Shown here piece by piece: positions 38,407 through 50,100 of a DNA stretch of 64,000 bases (position 1 is its first letter; each line of letters begins with the position of its first letter). The DNA comes from Massalongia carnosa (Eukaryota), in NCBI GenBank assembly GCA_965645245.1, contig OZ287069.1, positions 1,798,001 to 1,862,000 on the forward strand, written 5' to 3'. Position numbers and translations under genes: made by a program. The notes beneath the pieces are model-generated. The model saw only the letters and a program-made list of their open reading frames with translations. It did no database searches and was not told where the DNA came from.

Positions 38407-39648
38407 TTATTTGGGTTTTGCCCCAAGCACCCGTTCGGTTGTCTTAAGCGGCATGCAACTATCATCCAGGTCAGCCTACTCGGACCGATGCCTATATTTT
38501 TGACCGGACATACTATATTGGATCCACAGCCTCGAGGCCAGGAAACTCCAACAGACTCAGTCCAGCTATACCAAAAACAGTGTGAAACACATCGACCATA
38601 TCGCCAGGCCTATCAGCAATACCGCCCGCCACCGGATCCTATTTGGCATCAGCGAAGGATGTGTGGAAAAAGAAAGGGCCTCACCTGGCATCTAAGGATA
38701 AACCGGGTTAGTTTATCCGCATTGATCCAATGAAGTCTTCCAATCATAGCCAAACTACTCAATACCCACCAACTGTAGCAAACATCTTCCAACTTTTCCG
38801 GCCTGCCATTCAGGCCCCCATTATCGAGTTGTCTCTCGCTCAACCATCCTCCTAACCTGTCCCTGTCAACTAGATCTAATCGACCTACAATAGCCAAAGC
38901 ACCGACACAGGTAAAGATCTGCCCGGCATGAGATTCTGCTCCAGGGCTTACCCCATATCCACCATCGAAGTTTGCGCACGCTTGGACGTATGCTATTGCT
39001 TTTGGAATGTCTACGAGTGACGTGAGATGCAAAAGTGACAAAGCGTTCAGAGCACCGTAAAGAAAACGTGTATCAATCTCTCCCCATTCGTCCCCAGCAA
39101 ATGAGCCAGTCTTTCGGTCTTGCAAACTTGCAATGTCTGGAGCGGCTCTGTAAGTCTGCAGTTTCCACCTAAGAAACGAAATATCGAGACCTACACTGGC
39201 CAACTTTTTCCTTTCCGTTTGCCATGTGCTTGTCTAGCTCGTCCACGGCATCTATTGTCACAAGTATCTGGATCGCGCTGACAGTGTAAAGCATGTGTGG
39301 ATCATGGTTGCAAGCCGCGCCAAAGCCCCCGTTTGCATGCTGGCAGGACATGACAAACGTAATTGTGTCTTGTCTTGGCAGTGTTTCTGGATGGCCGAGG
39401 AGGTGCAAGGCCGTTAAGCCCCAATAGACCCCGTTAAGGCGAAGGTGCTCTGTCAGCCAATATTCATACTCGTCTTTTCGCTATCAGTTCATGAGTGCCG
39501 CGCGAAGAGGTGAGAATACGCAAGTAAGGCAACGGACCGAGTCCAAGCTTTTGATGTAATCGACATGTTGGTCGACGACTAGCTTCAGTTCATCAGGCGT
39601 GCCAATGCCCTCCGCCCCGCCTCTGCCAGGACCGGAGATCAGAGACAT
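38407..39648 (-). CDS. BET2: Rab geranylgeranyltransferase (GGTase-II) beta subunit, multi-exon
   Basis: [11 protein letters not shown]...[60 protein letters not shown] and [12 protein letters not shown]. Stop TAA at 38409-38407. Confidence 0.95.
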
Positions 39649-39831
39649 GGCAATTACCTATTGACGACTTATAATACCCTCGGACAGAGTACTCTGCACT
39701 CGGTAGCGATCATCATTGATTAACCTTATGTGGGCTAAAAGGGACAATGGAGAGTTTCAAGCACCGGAGGTTGAAAGGGGTGGGAGGTGAACGAAGCCGA
39801 AACTAACTAAATTTAGTTGTAACAATCAGTA

Positions 39832-39851
39832 GTTACTCCGTACGGAGTAAC
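39832..39851. repeat. Perfect 20-bp palindrome GTTACTCCGTACGGAGTAAC in the BET2/RhoGAP divergent promoter
   Basis: Sequence equals its own reverse complement. Confidence 0.9.
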
Positions 39852-40341
39852 CGCTTCAGAGAAGGTTGCGGGAAATGCTCTGTACTTTGCTCTGTACGTA
39901 CCAAAAATAATACAATACATACTACTCGTACGTAATCGCCTTACCTAGTCCGTACCCAGATATGCAAGTGTCCCGTGCGTGAGAGAGTCCTAGGTACGAG
40001 GTGGTATGTACAGAGTACCACCCTCGTATCTATTTATTCCCAGACACGCAGGAGATCAATGCAGAAGAAGTGCAGATCCTAAGCAAAACGATTGGAAAAC
40101 CACTCCAGATATTGTCACCAATCAACTCGTCATTTACCGTCTATCGTTCACTGTTCACAGTTCACCAAAGTCACCATTCATCATTCATCGTCTTGCCTAT
40201 TAAGCTGCATTTTATTGTCTTACTCGACTGTTCCGCCAGGAGCCACCAGCATGATTCAGCTTTGGCCCAAACCTTGATCACGCCAGCCATTTTTCTAGCA
40301 ACATCCCTTTCCTCGCACCCAGCCCGTCATTCCTTCACCCA

Positions 40342-42488
40342 ATGCCTCGCACTACGTCGCTTTCACTGGCGATGCCCAGTGCTGTCTCACCGGTCAGCAG
40401 TGCAATAACTTCACCCACTGCTTCCGAGCCCACATCAGCCTCACCTTCAAGCCCAAAGGACATGGAGACGAGGTACCATAACAAAGAAACTTACTACAGT
40501 CATACGTTTGGGGTGGGACCTCAAATCGTTGAGCCTCTATCGGCAATAGATGTGCCACCATCACCCAATATCACTTCACTCCCACCGTTTCCGTCTTCAC
40601 CAAAAGTCGCCCAAAAGCATATGCGGGAACAATCAAAATCCTTCTTCTCAAACCTAAAAGCTTCAAAGTCATCGAACCGAGTTCACTACATGGATCCTAC
40701 CATACGAAAGGTGTCGGAAGACACGTCAGGTCCGGAAACGGAACCTAACCGCAATACATTTTACTCGCTACGGAAGAGCCCCGGATCCACACCTGATCTC
40801 AGCACCTCGGCCTTCAGTACAGTTTCGGCAGAGGAGTCCAAGAGTAAGCATGCAACTCCTAGGGCGATCACAGATTTGCTGACTTGGTTGCCATAGCCCC
40901 CTCGGTTCCAACTCATACTATGCAACACAGGCCCGCGGGTTCTACTGTTCTATCAGACAGTGCACTCGTGACCAGCCACACAGAGCCGGTTTCAGGGAAG
41001 AAAGCAAAACCTCGATTCGGTCACCTGTTAAATCGAACACGCTCGATGCGTGTTGATGAAGGAGCTCGAAGATCAAAACCGACAACACCAATCCGCATCA
41101 CAGGCCCCGAGGAGCTGCGTCGGTTGGACGGATCTAACGAGCTGGAAGGTCTCAGAACGGCACCTTTACATCAGGAGAAAGATCGATCATTTCGTGATAT
41201 GATGGGTTCAGCTATTCGCAACAAATCGGCAGACCGTCATCCTTCCTCGAATCATAGTCAGGGGACTATCTCGGTCGGACGGATCGACAAAGACCCAGTG
41301 CACGGGCTTACAATCTCCGCATCGGCAGTTTTTCGAGAGGGCGCAGGCGCTCATCTCATAACCAACTTAAAGAACACATCTACAAAGGCTGCGGATGGTT
41401 TAGGAAAAGCCGGCAAGGGGATATTTGGGAAGATTGCTCGAAGTGGTAGCAGTAACTCAAAGGAAGGGATAGAAGACGAGCATTACGTATGTTCCACGAT
41501 CAACCTACCCTTAGTCGAGCAGACACGCCGAACCCGCATTGCAAAACGACTGGAGGATTCCAAAGACAAAACAGAATTTTGGATGCCCGCTTTACCTTGG
41601 AGGTGTATTGAGTAGGTCCGGTTTTTTATCGTTCTACGTCTAGCTGCTAACTCTACTCTGCAGTTATCTGAATTTTAGAGGATGTGAGGAAGAGGGGCTT
41701 TATAGAATTCCCGGTAGCGGTCCGAGAGTTAGGGAGTGGCAGCAGCGATTTGATCGAGGTCAGTGACTTGATTACTCTCAGTTCAGAACGTTGCTGATAG
41801 CTCCCCAGAGGGAGATATAAACCTTTTCGAGGAGCCTGAGCTGTACGACATCAATATCATCGGCTCGATGTTCAAGGCTTGGCTGCGTGATCTGCCAACT
41901 GAGATACTACCCAAAGCTACCCAAGCCAAAATTGCTCATGAATGTGCTGGTGCAATAGATGTTCCAAAACTGCTAAAGGACGAGCTATCTTCACTACCAC
42001 CTTGGAATTATTATCTGCTGTTCGCCATCACGTGCCATCTCAGTCTCCTCCATGCCTACGTTGATAAGAACAAAATGAATTACAGCAATCTTTGCATCTG
42101 CTTCCAACCCTGTCTCAAAATCGATTCCTTCTGCTTCCAATTCCTCGTCTGTGACTGGCGGAATTGCTGGCAAGGTTGCTGGACGGAGAAGTACTATTTG
42201 GAGGAGGAATACGCAATCCTAGAAGGATCGCATTCCAGCGGTGGTGACAGCTTGGGAGGGTCCACCGTTTTTGGGGATGACCGCTCTCTGGCCTCGTGCG
42301 AGAGTAGCAAGGCAACAATCACCGGACGGACACAAGAACGCGGCCGGCCGCCACAATTGTCTTTGTTGACCGGAAATGATCAACCTCCTGCGTCACATCA
42401 TCGACAACAGAGCGGGCCTCAACTCAGAAATGCGTCGCAGCTCCCTGAGTTAGCCCCCGTCATGCCGTTGTCCCCGATCGGGCTTTGA
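40342..42488 (+). CDS. Rho GTPase-activating protein (RhoGAP), 4 exons
   Basis: FWMPALPWRCI/YLNFRGCEEEGLYRIPGSG contains the arginine finger; also SMFKAWLRDLP and NKMNYSNLCICF. S/P-rich N-terminus. Confidence 0.92.
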
Positions 42489-43970
42489 CTCGCACGGGTA
42501 GCTGAATTTCCCTGGGCAAATATCATGTCTCGGAAATCTTCTGAAACACCTCCATATCCAATACGTTACCAAGTCAATCAAGAGTAGGTTGATCCCGGTC
42601 TGCTACTGTTTCTACGAAACCCTTCATATCCGCCTTGCTTTGCCCTCGCTACATTTCATTTCCATCTCGTCAGTACCCAATCAAGCGGGTTTTTCTATTT
42701 GTCAACATTGATACCGGATTTTAGTTATTTTTTTCGCCCATCTCAGCCGGGAAAATCGCATATACCCCGTTCCACAATCTTTCCTTATTGAAGCCATTTC
42801 TTGCATGAAAAGAATAGAAGGAAATAACCCAGTCTTCTTTTTTTCGAATTTGTGAAGGCTTGATGTCTGCTAAAACTCTAATGGATAATACCCATTTTTA
42901 CCCTTTTCTATTTGGGCGAGGGCGAAATTCATCAACGTGCCCTACGATTCATCCCTTTCTCTCTCCCTCTGATCTCCTTTTTGGACGACGTGTATTTATT
43001 TGGGGAGGAATCTCATCCTCGAGAAAGTGGCAGGGAGACAATGATGAATAGCATTGGGTTTCAGAGAAGGAAGTTGTGTCGCAAAGCCAAAGGGGGGGTG
43101 GTTGGGCTATAATCGTTGTATAAAAGCCAGCGGAGCGTGGAAATCTGCCCGCATGCATGCATCATTTGGTCATTAGTCCAGGAGCCGGGGAGGCGGGGAA
43201 ATCAAAAAGCTATGTACGATACTCTTAGAGATACCATTTCCTTTTTTTGTTCCCCCGGCGCAACCGATGTGCAAGCGAACAGCATTAACTAGGGCATTTT
43301 GGAGAAGAATTCTTTGATCAAAGCTTATGTTCCCGTAAAACTATTGTCGATGAATTGTACAATACTGATCTATTGATTTTTTTTTTTTAAAAAAAAACTA
43401 ACCGAAGAGCACAACGTTCACTCTCGATACTTTTACGTCAAAGCTGGAGTTATGGTTTACATGCTTAATCTCTCTCCCTCATACATATTAGCTTTACCTA
43501 CCTACCTGCCTAGCTAGCTAGCTAATTACCTAGACACACCCCGTTTACGCCGCGTGCTGGGAAAAAGTCCCAAAGGGAAAAGGGGATTGATTGGTACAGT
43601 CCCCTTTTTGAAAAGAAAAAAAATTAACATTTTTAAGAGGGGTTTTTTGGGGTTGGTGAGCGACTGCTGGGTCTAGTGCTCGATTTGAACCCGCTTCTTA
43701 TGGGAGGGGGGATTGGATGGATGGATGGAGAGAAAGAAGCGCAGAAGGGGTGAGAGAGAGAGATGATTTCTCGATTTAGGGGGGGGTTGTCTTTCCCAGG
43801 AGAGGAAATAGGTGGTAGGTCAATTTATTAAGACCTAAATCCAGCGCTTCGGAGATTAACGGGTCATGGCGCTTCTCGCTTCCCGCTTCCACTCGACCGG
43901 CTCTTTTCTGAACCCCTATGTATCTCCCAAATCTCCGTTCTCTCCGTTCTCCTCCCGAACAGGCAAACCG

Positions 43971-45492
43971 CTAAACCCTCATCAAAACGCTCGCGCGCTC
44001 CAACTCTCCCACCACCCCGCCCCCGCTCAACGTCCACTTCTCCCCCACCAACCCGTCACTGACCCGATGCCGCAAAACCCCGCTGCTGGCCCAATACTCC
44101 AGCAAGCCACGCGCGTCGTCCTTGGTCACGCCGCCGAGGCGCTGGACCGCTAGGCCTGCAGGATGGGACTCGAAGACCGCGAGCACACGGGCGTCGTAGT
44201 GGGCGAAGGGGTTGCGGATGGGAGGGTGATAGGGGGTGGGGATTGACGAGGAGGGGGACGAGGGGGGAAGGGAATGGGGGGAGGCGGATCGAGCCTCTAG
44301 TTCCGCGATACCAAGGTCGAGGGCGGGGACGCGAATTTTGTTGGATTCATTGGTGGCAGCTAGGACGAGACCGCCGTTTGAGAGTTCACGGGCGCCTGAG
44401 AGGAAATCCATGAACCAGCGGATGATGGACAGGTCGTGGGCGTGAATGGGTTGGAAGGCTGGGGTCTTATATGCGGAGTCGCACATCGCGTGGGCGAGGC
44501 CGTCGAGGCAGATGCATAGAGGGGGGCGGTTGGGCAGCGAGAGTTCTTGTAGGAGGAGGTTAAAGATTTGGGGGGCGGAGTCAGGGTCTTGAGAGCCGAG
44601 CAAGGCAAGGCGGGCAAGCGAGATGGAGGGAGGGATGGGGATGGGGATTTGCGGCGTAGGGGGGAGGGTGAGCTTAAGGTCTGCGAGAATGGGGTTGGCG
44701 CGGGAGATGGTGGAGAGGATAGCGGCGATGTACGATTTCTGGGCGTACAGGGTGGGGGAGGTTTGCGGGATGGGGCTGTATTCCGTATGGCCGATTATGA
44801 TGTCTTGGGCTGTTGTTGAGAAACAGAGGGGTCAACTGACGCAAACGATGAATTATAGAGAAAATGGAGGAGAACCCACCTTCGGGAAGATTGATCACAA
44901 CCCAGTTTTTGAGAAATGCCATTGTCATGGCTTGAAGCAACATTGTCGTTTTGCCGCTACCCCTTTCCCCAACAATAACTCTCCGAACCGTCCGCTTTGC
45001 CCCATCCCCGCTCATCTCTTCGATAATCTTCCCATACTGGAGGGTTTCCCGCCGCATCAGCATGGCCGGTCGGCGGAAAAGCCCCCAGCTCTGCGTGGGT
45101 TTGAACGCATCCATCACGCGCAGCTGATCGATGATCGGCCCCGAAATTCCGACCACCTTGCTCCGCAGGCGCGAGTCGACGATCGATTCGGCGGTGAGGT
45201 CCTGCAGGTCCTCGACGGCCAGAGCGTTGACGTTGCTCAGCACGATGCGCTTGCGCATGGCTTTGCGTTCGCCCGGCTGCGGTCGTTTGGATCGCAATTC
45301 CGCCGAGCGCGTCTTCTTTTTCATGACGAAATTGGTTTTCACACCACGGCGCGTGGCCGGTGGTGGGAGTGGCTTGCTCTGTTTCGTGGAGGTGGTGCTG
45401 AAGGCGGCCGCTGGACGGAGGAGTTTCGAAAAGGAGGAAATGGTGGGAAGGGAGGGCCGGAGAAGGCATCTCCAGCAGGTTTGGAGAGACAT
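43971..45492 (-). CDS. RSM23: Mitochondrial small-subunit ribosomal protein mS29 (DAP3/Rsm23), 2 exons
   Basis: Arg/Ser-rich presequence, PGERKAMRKRIVLSNVNAL, FKPTQSWGLFRRP, P-loop GERGSGKT and KWTLSGGGVVGELER. One intron from 44879 to about 44810. Confidence 0.92.
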
Positions 45493-45788
45493 CTGAACTG
45501 CCCGCTGGAGATGCAATCCAGTGTCGTGCTGAGGTGAAAGGGTACAACTGTACTCGTACTTGTGGGCTTGATTTGACCCTGTCGACGTTTCGAGCAGACT
45601 TTTAGAGCAAAGAAACATCACTCTGTAAATTACGGGTATCAAAAGAATATCTTACCGCTAACCTAGCAAAACTTGATGGAATTCCAATCGCACAAAAGCT
45701 TCCAAGATCTCCACAACCAGGCATCAAACCCGGTCCTACACTCCGTGCCTATACATTCATCCTGGAATCCTCCATTGTAAAATAAAGT

Positions 45789-46509
45789 ATGGCGAATCCA
45801 TCCACCGCCGACGTCCTCCGCTCCCAAACTCCCTCTACCACAAAACCAGAACGGCTGTGAGTTTTCCCAAACCAACCCCTTCCTTATACCCACCTAATCT
45901 TCAATTAACACCACTCCCCCACCCTTCTCTATCAGCCCCATAACCGTCACCAAACCAATCCCCTACACCTTCGATCTCGGGAACCTCCTCTGCCATGACC
46001 CCAACCCCCTCCCCTCGGCGCCCACCCCCCGGCAAATCGCTGCCGCAGCCCGTGACTGCGCCCAAGCGCTCATTACGCAACTTCTCACCACCTGCCCCAT
46101 CACCATGCACGCCACCGATGGGGTCCTCATGAACCTCCCGCCCCCGACGTTCCCGCTCCCGCGCGAAAAGCCTCTTCCTATGGAGAAGCCCCCTACAAAA
46201 TGGGAGCGGTTCGCAAAGAAGAAAGGCATCAAGGATGCGAAGCGCGGCGGGACGGAGGGGAAGCTGGTGTACGATGAGAACAAGGGCGAGTGGGTGCCCA
46301 AGTGGGGTTATAAGGGGAGGAATAAGGAGGGAGAGGGGGAGTGGTTGGTGGAGGTGGAAGAGAAGAGGGAGAGGGAGAGGGAGGAGGAGGGGAAAGGGAG
46401 GGGGGTTAGAGGGGTGGGAAGGAAGGATAGGGTGGAGAAGGTAAGGCGGAACGAGCGGGCGCAAAGGGCGAATGAGAGGAGGGCAAGGAAAGGGGGGGCA
46501 GGGGGGTGA
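45789..46509 (+). CDS. RRS1: Ribosome biogenesis regulatory protein RRS1, 2 exons
   Basis: ATG 45789 with intron GTGAGT...ATCAG. Motifs KPIPYTFDLGNLLCHDPNP, ARDCAQALI, LPREKPLP...PTKWERFAKKKGI and LVYDENKGEWVPKWGY. Confidence 0.93.
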
Positions 46510-47150
46510 ATGGGGTTGAAAGAGCGGAGTGGGACCTGAGATCACGATGGTTGAAAGGAGCTCTCTGCTTCTCAATTGTCGCAAAGACGAGCTAGCCGCA
46601 AGAGCGCCCCAAGAGACTGCTGCAACCGAGAACTTTGCATTCCGCGTGGCAATATCCCTAATGAAACCGCTTCAGGTGCTTTGAAGCCGGCCATTAGAAA
46701 ACCTTGCAGCACAGCGTTGCAAAAGGCCTGCCATGGAATTCCGATGTAACAGCAAAACAGCTTACCTAGCGCTGAAGAGGGAAGGGATGGGATGTGTACC
46801 CGGAATAACACCCAACGCTGAACCAAAAGAGAGTACGAGATGGGAGGAGCAGCGTACTTCATGGCAAAATCGAGCTCTAGATATTGAGGGTCGTAACGGT
46901 ATTGGGAAAGCCGTTTGCCAACCATAATCAGTCACAACTGAGCACACCCTTTCCCTTTGGATAAAGCTGTAGATGTGCACAAAAGTCTTTCCCTAACCAC
47001 CAAGCAATTCAGCTACTCTCTGATTAGCTCTCCTCTACCGACCTCCTTTGATCTAACGTCTTCGTCTCCACAGGGAAACTAGCAATCCACCAGACCACAA
47101 ACATGCTAAGTTCCCTGTTGCTTATCCGTTTTTACTGACTAGGTTCATGA

Positions 47151-50100
47151 TTACTCCGTACATAATGCTAGCGCCTCACTTAGTATAGCTTTCATCTTCT
47201 CATGATATTTTATCTGTGCAGTTTCTATCACAACGTAAGGCATGAGGTCTCGGTTCTTTAACTCATCTGCCAAACCCTGCTGAGCCTGACTATAAGTGCC
47301 CCTCAGCCTTTGCTTGAGCTGGATAATTCCAGCCTGATACTGGTTGAGATCTTGCTGGCGGGATTTTTCAAACTCCTTGATAAGGCGCTGGCCACTGCGG
47401 CTGTATTCGGATACGAGATTGTGGATGGCGGTCTCCTTGGAGACTAAGTTGCGAATTAGACGCTATGATGATCATTAATTGACGATAAACCTCAAGTTCA
47501 GGAAAAGATTCTACTAACGTGTGATATTTCAAGGAGCACATCCAGCGTCTCCTCCTGGTGAGGTTGGAGCGTAAGTCCCCATTCATCTTGTTCCGCTCCT
47601 CCACTAGCCGAAGACTCTTCTGAACAGGAAGGATCTCCTGTTTGAGAGCTGTCCGAGCTAGAGCTTACTACAGACTTATTATCGCGTTGGGCTCTTTTCG
47701 CTGAACGTGAGCCTATCAATGTCTTGTCGGGATCTTCGACCTGCTTATCAAAGATGTAGCTCGATCTCCGGAGCAGATTAATGAAATTGTTGGAGTGATT
47801 TGGCTTAGTTTCCACAAACGGATCGGCTGGTCTGGTGGCTACGACTACATTGTCTGTGCGAACGTTGACAAATTTGCCACTGGAATGGACCTTGTGAGCT
47901 GTGTATTTCTCAGTGATACCAAAGGATGCATAGGACGAGCCTGGGCGAGATTTGGCATTATTCGATCGCCTAGGCTGAACTTGGGGAGCCAGGGTAAATT
48001 GATGAGATTGTAACAGTGGTACACAGAGATTGGAAACGCTAGACATTTCACCAACTATTAACTGTCCATCCTCGTGGTTACTCATCTGTTTGCTAGCAAT
48101 GATAATCTCGACATCGTCCTCGGCAGAGACGGGATGTTCATGGCCAGAAAGGTCCGTATTTTGAGAGGGAACAAATGGTAAAGGGCTCCCGTTCTCGTCC
48201 ACTCTAGTACTTTGAGAACCAATTTTCTGTGTAGATTTCTGAACCATAGAGATTCTGCGTTTATGAATGCTCTGGGGAGCATCATCCCGTGTTCGGGGTA
48301 CATCTATAGATCCCCGATGGCGCTTGACTGCGGCAACGCCTTTTTCTAAAGTCATAACCGGCTCATCCACATCCGCGATTTTCCTTTTCAGCAATTTATA
48401 CTTTGAGGTTCTGGAAAACCCCTCAGCTTGATCCATCTCTAAAGGTCTTCTTCCACGACCTGGAATGACACCCTGATTTCTTGGTCCTTTACTACTGAAG
48501 CTGATAATATTTGACTTACGACTCTCCGGTACCAAATCTCTACCTGCCACTCCGGGAGACTGCCGGACAGCTTGAGGAGTCTCCATAACAATCCGTCCGC
48601 TGTCTTCAACAGTGATCGCAGGTTCTGATAAGGCAACCAAACCCCCGTCTGACTCCAACGAATCAGGAGAGTACTTCATAGGCCGCGGATTTTTTTGTGG
48701 GCTCCCAATGGCGTTATTCTTTGCTAAGCCGGTCGCTTTTACGTCTCTTGGTCTAGCTACGTCCCTCTCAGCTGGAAATCTTATCTTCGTCTCAGTTCGA
48801 GAGAGAGAGTGGGAAGCAGCAAGTAAAGCTGGTGTAGTGATTCTTGGTTTGCTCGTACCTAGCAAGCTTGCTTTTAGCTTGCTCTTTTGAGCCTGTGGAC
48901 TTCCTATGCTTGATAAAGCGCTCTGTAATTTGGCTGCAACATGAAGGTTAGCCTTCGACGTCATGATGGCGGTAGGTGTTTTTGCTATTCGTCGACTAAT
49001 ATTGCTGTCTGTTGTGTAGCCTAATTCTGGGTTATTGAGAGTGACCTGTTTGGACGCAAGAGTTGACGCTTCAAGAGATCCCCCGGTTTTGGAGTTGCTA
49101 GTAAAATTCGTTGTATCTTGATAAGTGAAGGCAATCGCTTCCTCGAAGAAGTTGTCTTCTGCGCTGTCACCCATGGGGAAGTGGTCGGAATCGAAGGTTT
49201 CGGGTACGAGACTCTCGTTTCTCGGAACTGAGAGAGAGAGAGATAGGGAACGCGGTACTTCGTTCAGGTGGACATATTTCGGCCCTTCTACGATTTCTTG
49301 GCCATTAGAAGCGTTGTCTTCGACCTTATTCAAACAAGTAGAAGAGCTCTCGGGCTGAATATATGGAAAATCGTTGTGAGTTCGATACATCTGATTTTCA
49401 AAACGCGGGGAGGTCGACGTAGTTAGTAGCATACTCTCTTCCTTATTAGGTTCATTATTCGTTGATAATTTAGTTCGTGGTCGTATAGGGTCCTTAGCTA
49501 CAAGGTCGATATCGTCGCTTCCAGATATATTTATTTTATGAACGGACTTGGTTTTGTTGTGAGGGTCCGCAAAATGCCTTTCAGAGTCTTTACCTAAAAG
49601 AAGTGAAGGTCTAGGGTTTCCACTCTTCCCGCCAAATTCTCCTTCGGGTGGAGCTGAAATTTGTCGAGTATCAAGCAACGGTTCGATGTAATCTTCCTCC
49701 TCAATGACTTCTGTTTCTGATTCAACGAGACATTGAATTTTCTTCTTGGCATTGACAGCTGCCACCCGCCTGCTTCTACGCTGAACGATAGGTGTGGCAT
49801 CTTCCACGCTCTTTTTGTCTTGATTGCCTGTCTTGATAAAGCTTCCCTTAATTCTGTCATTATTCTCTTGCTGTGACTGTTGTTTCAAAGGCTGTTCACG
49901 TCGCTGCTGAGGGATACATAGCCCTTCAGCTTCGTCAACACAACCAGTGTTCCAGTATAGTCGCTCCCCGTCATGATGTTCCGTATCTTCCTGTGCTTTC
50001 TTCAATTGGAGGGGTGAAAATTTATCAACGACTGCAGTGGATATTGCATTTTTACGGCTCTGGACTCCAGAGATTATAGAGGAGTCTTGGAATTGTGACT

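Noticed and set aside
43679..43700. B-box-like GGTTCAAATC on the minus strand suggesting a tRNA
   Set aside because: No cloverleaf stems or A box; the flanks are simple repeats.
44623..46584. Long antisense ORFs over RSM23 (44623-45537) and RRS1 (45901-46584)
   Set aside because: Shadows of conserved genes, caused by strong C/G codon skew.
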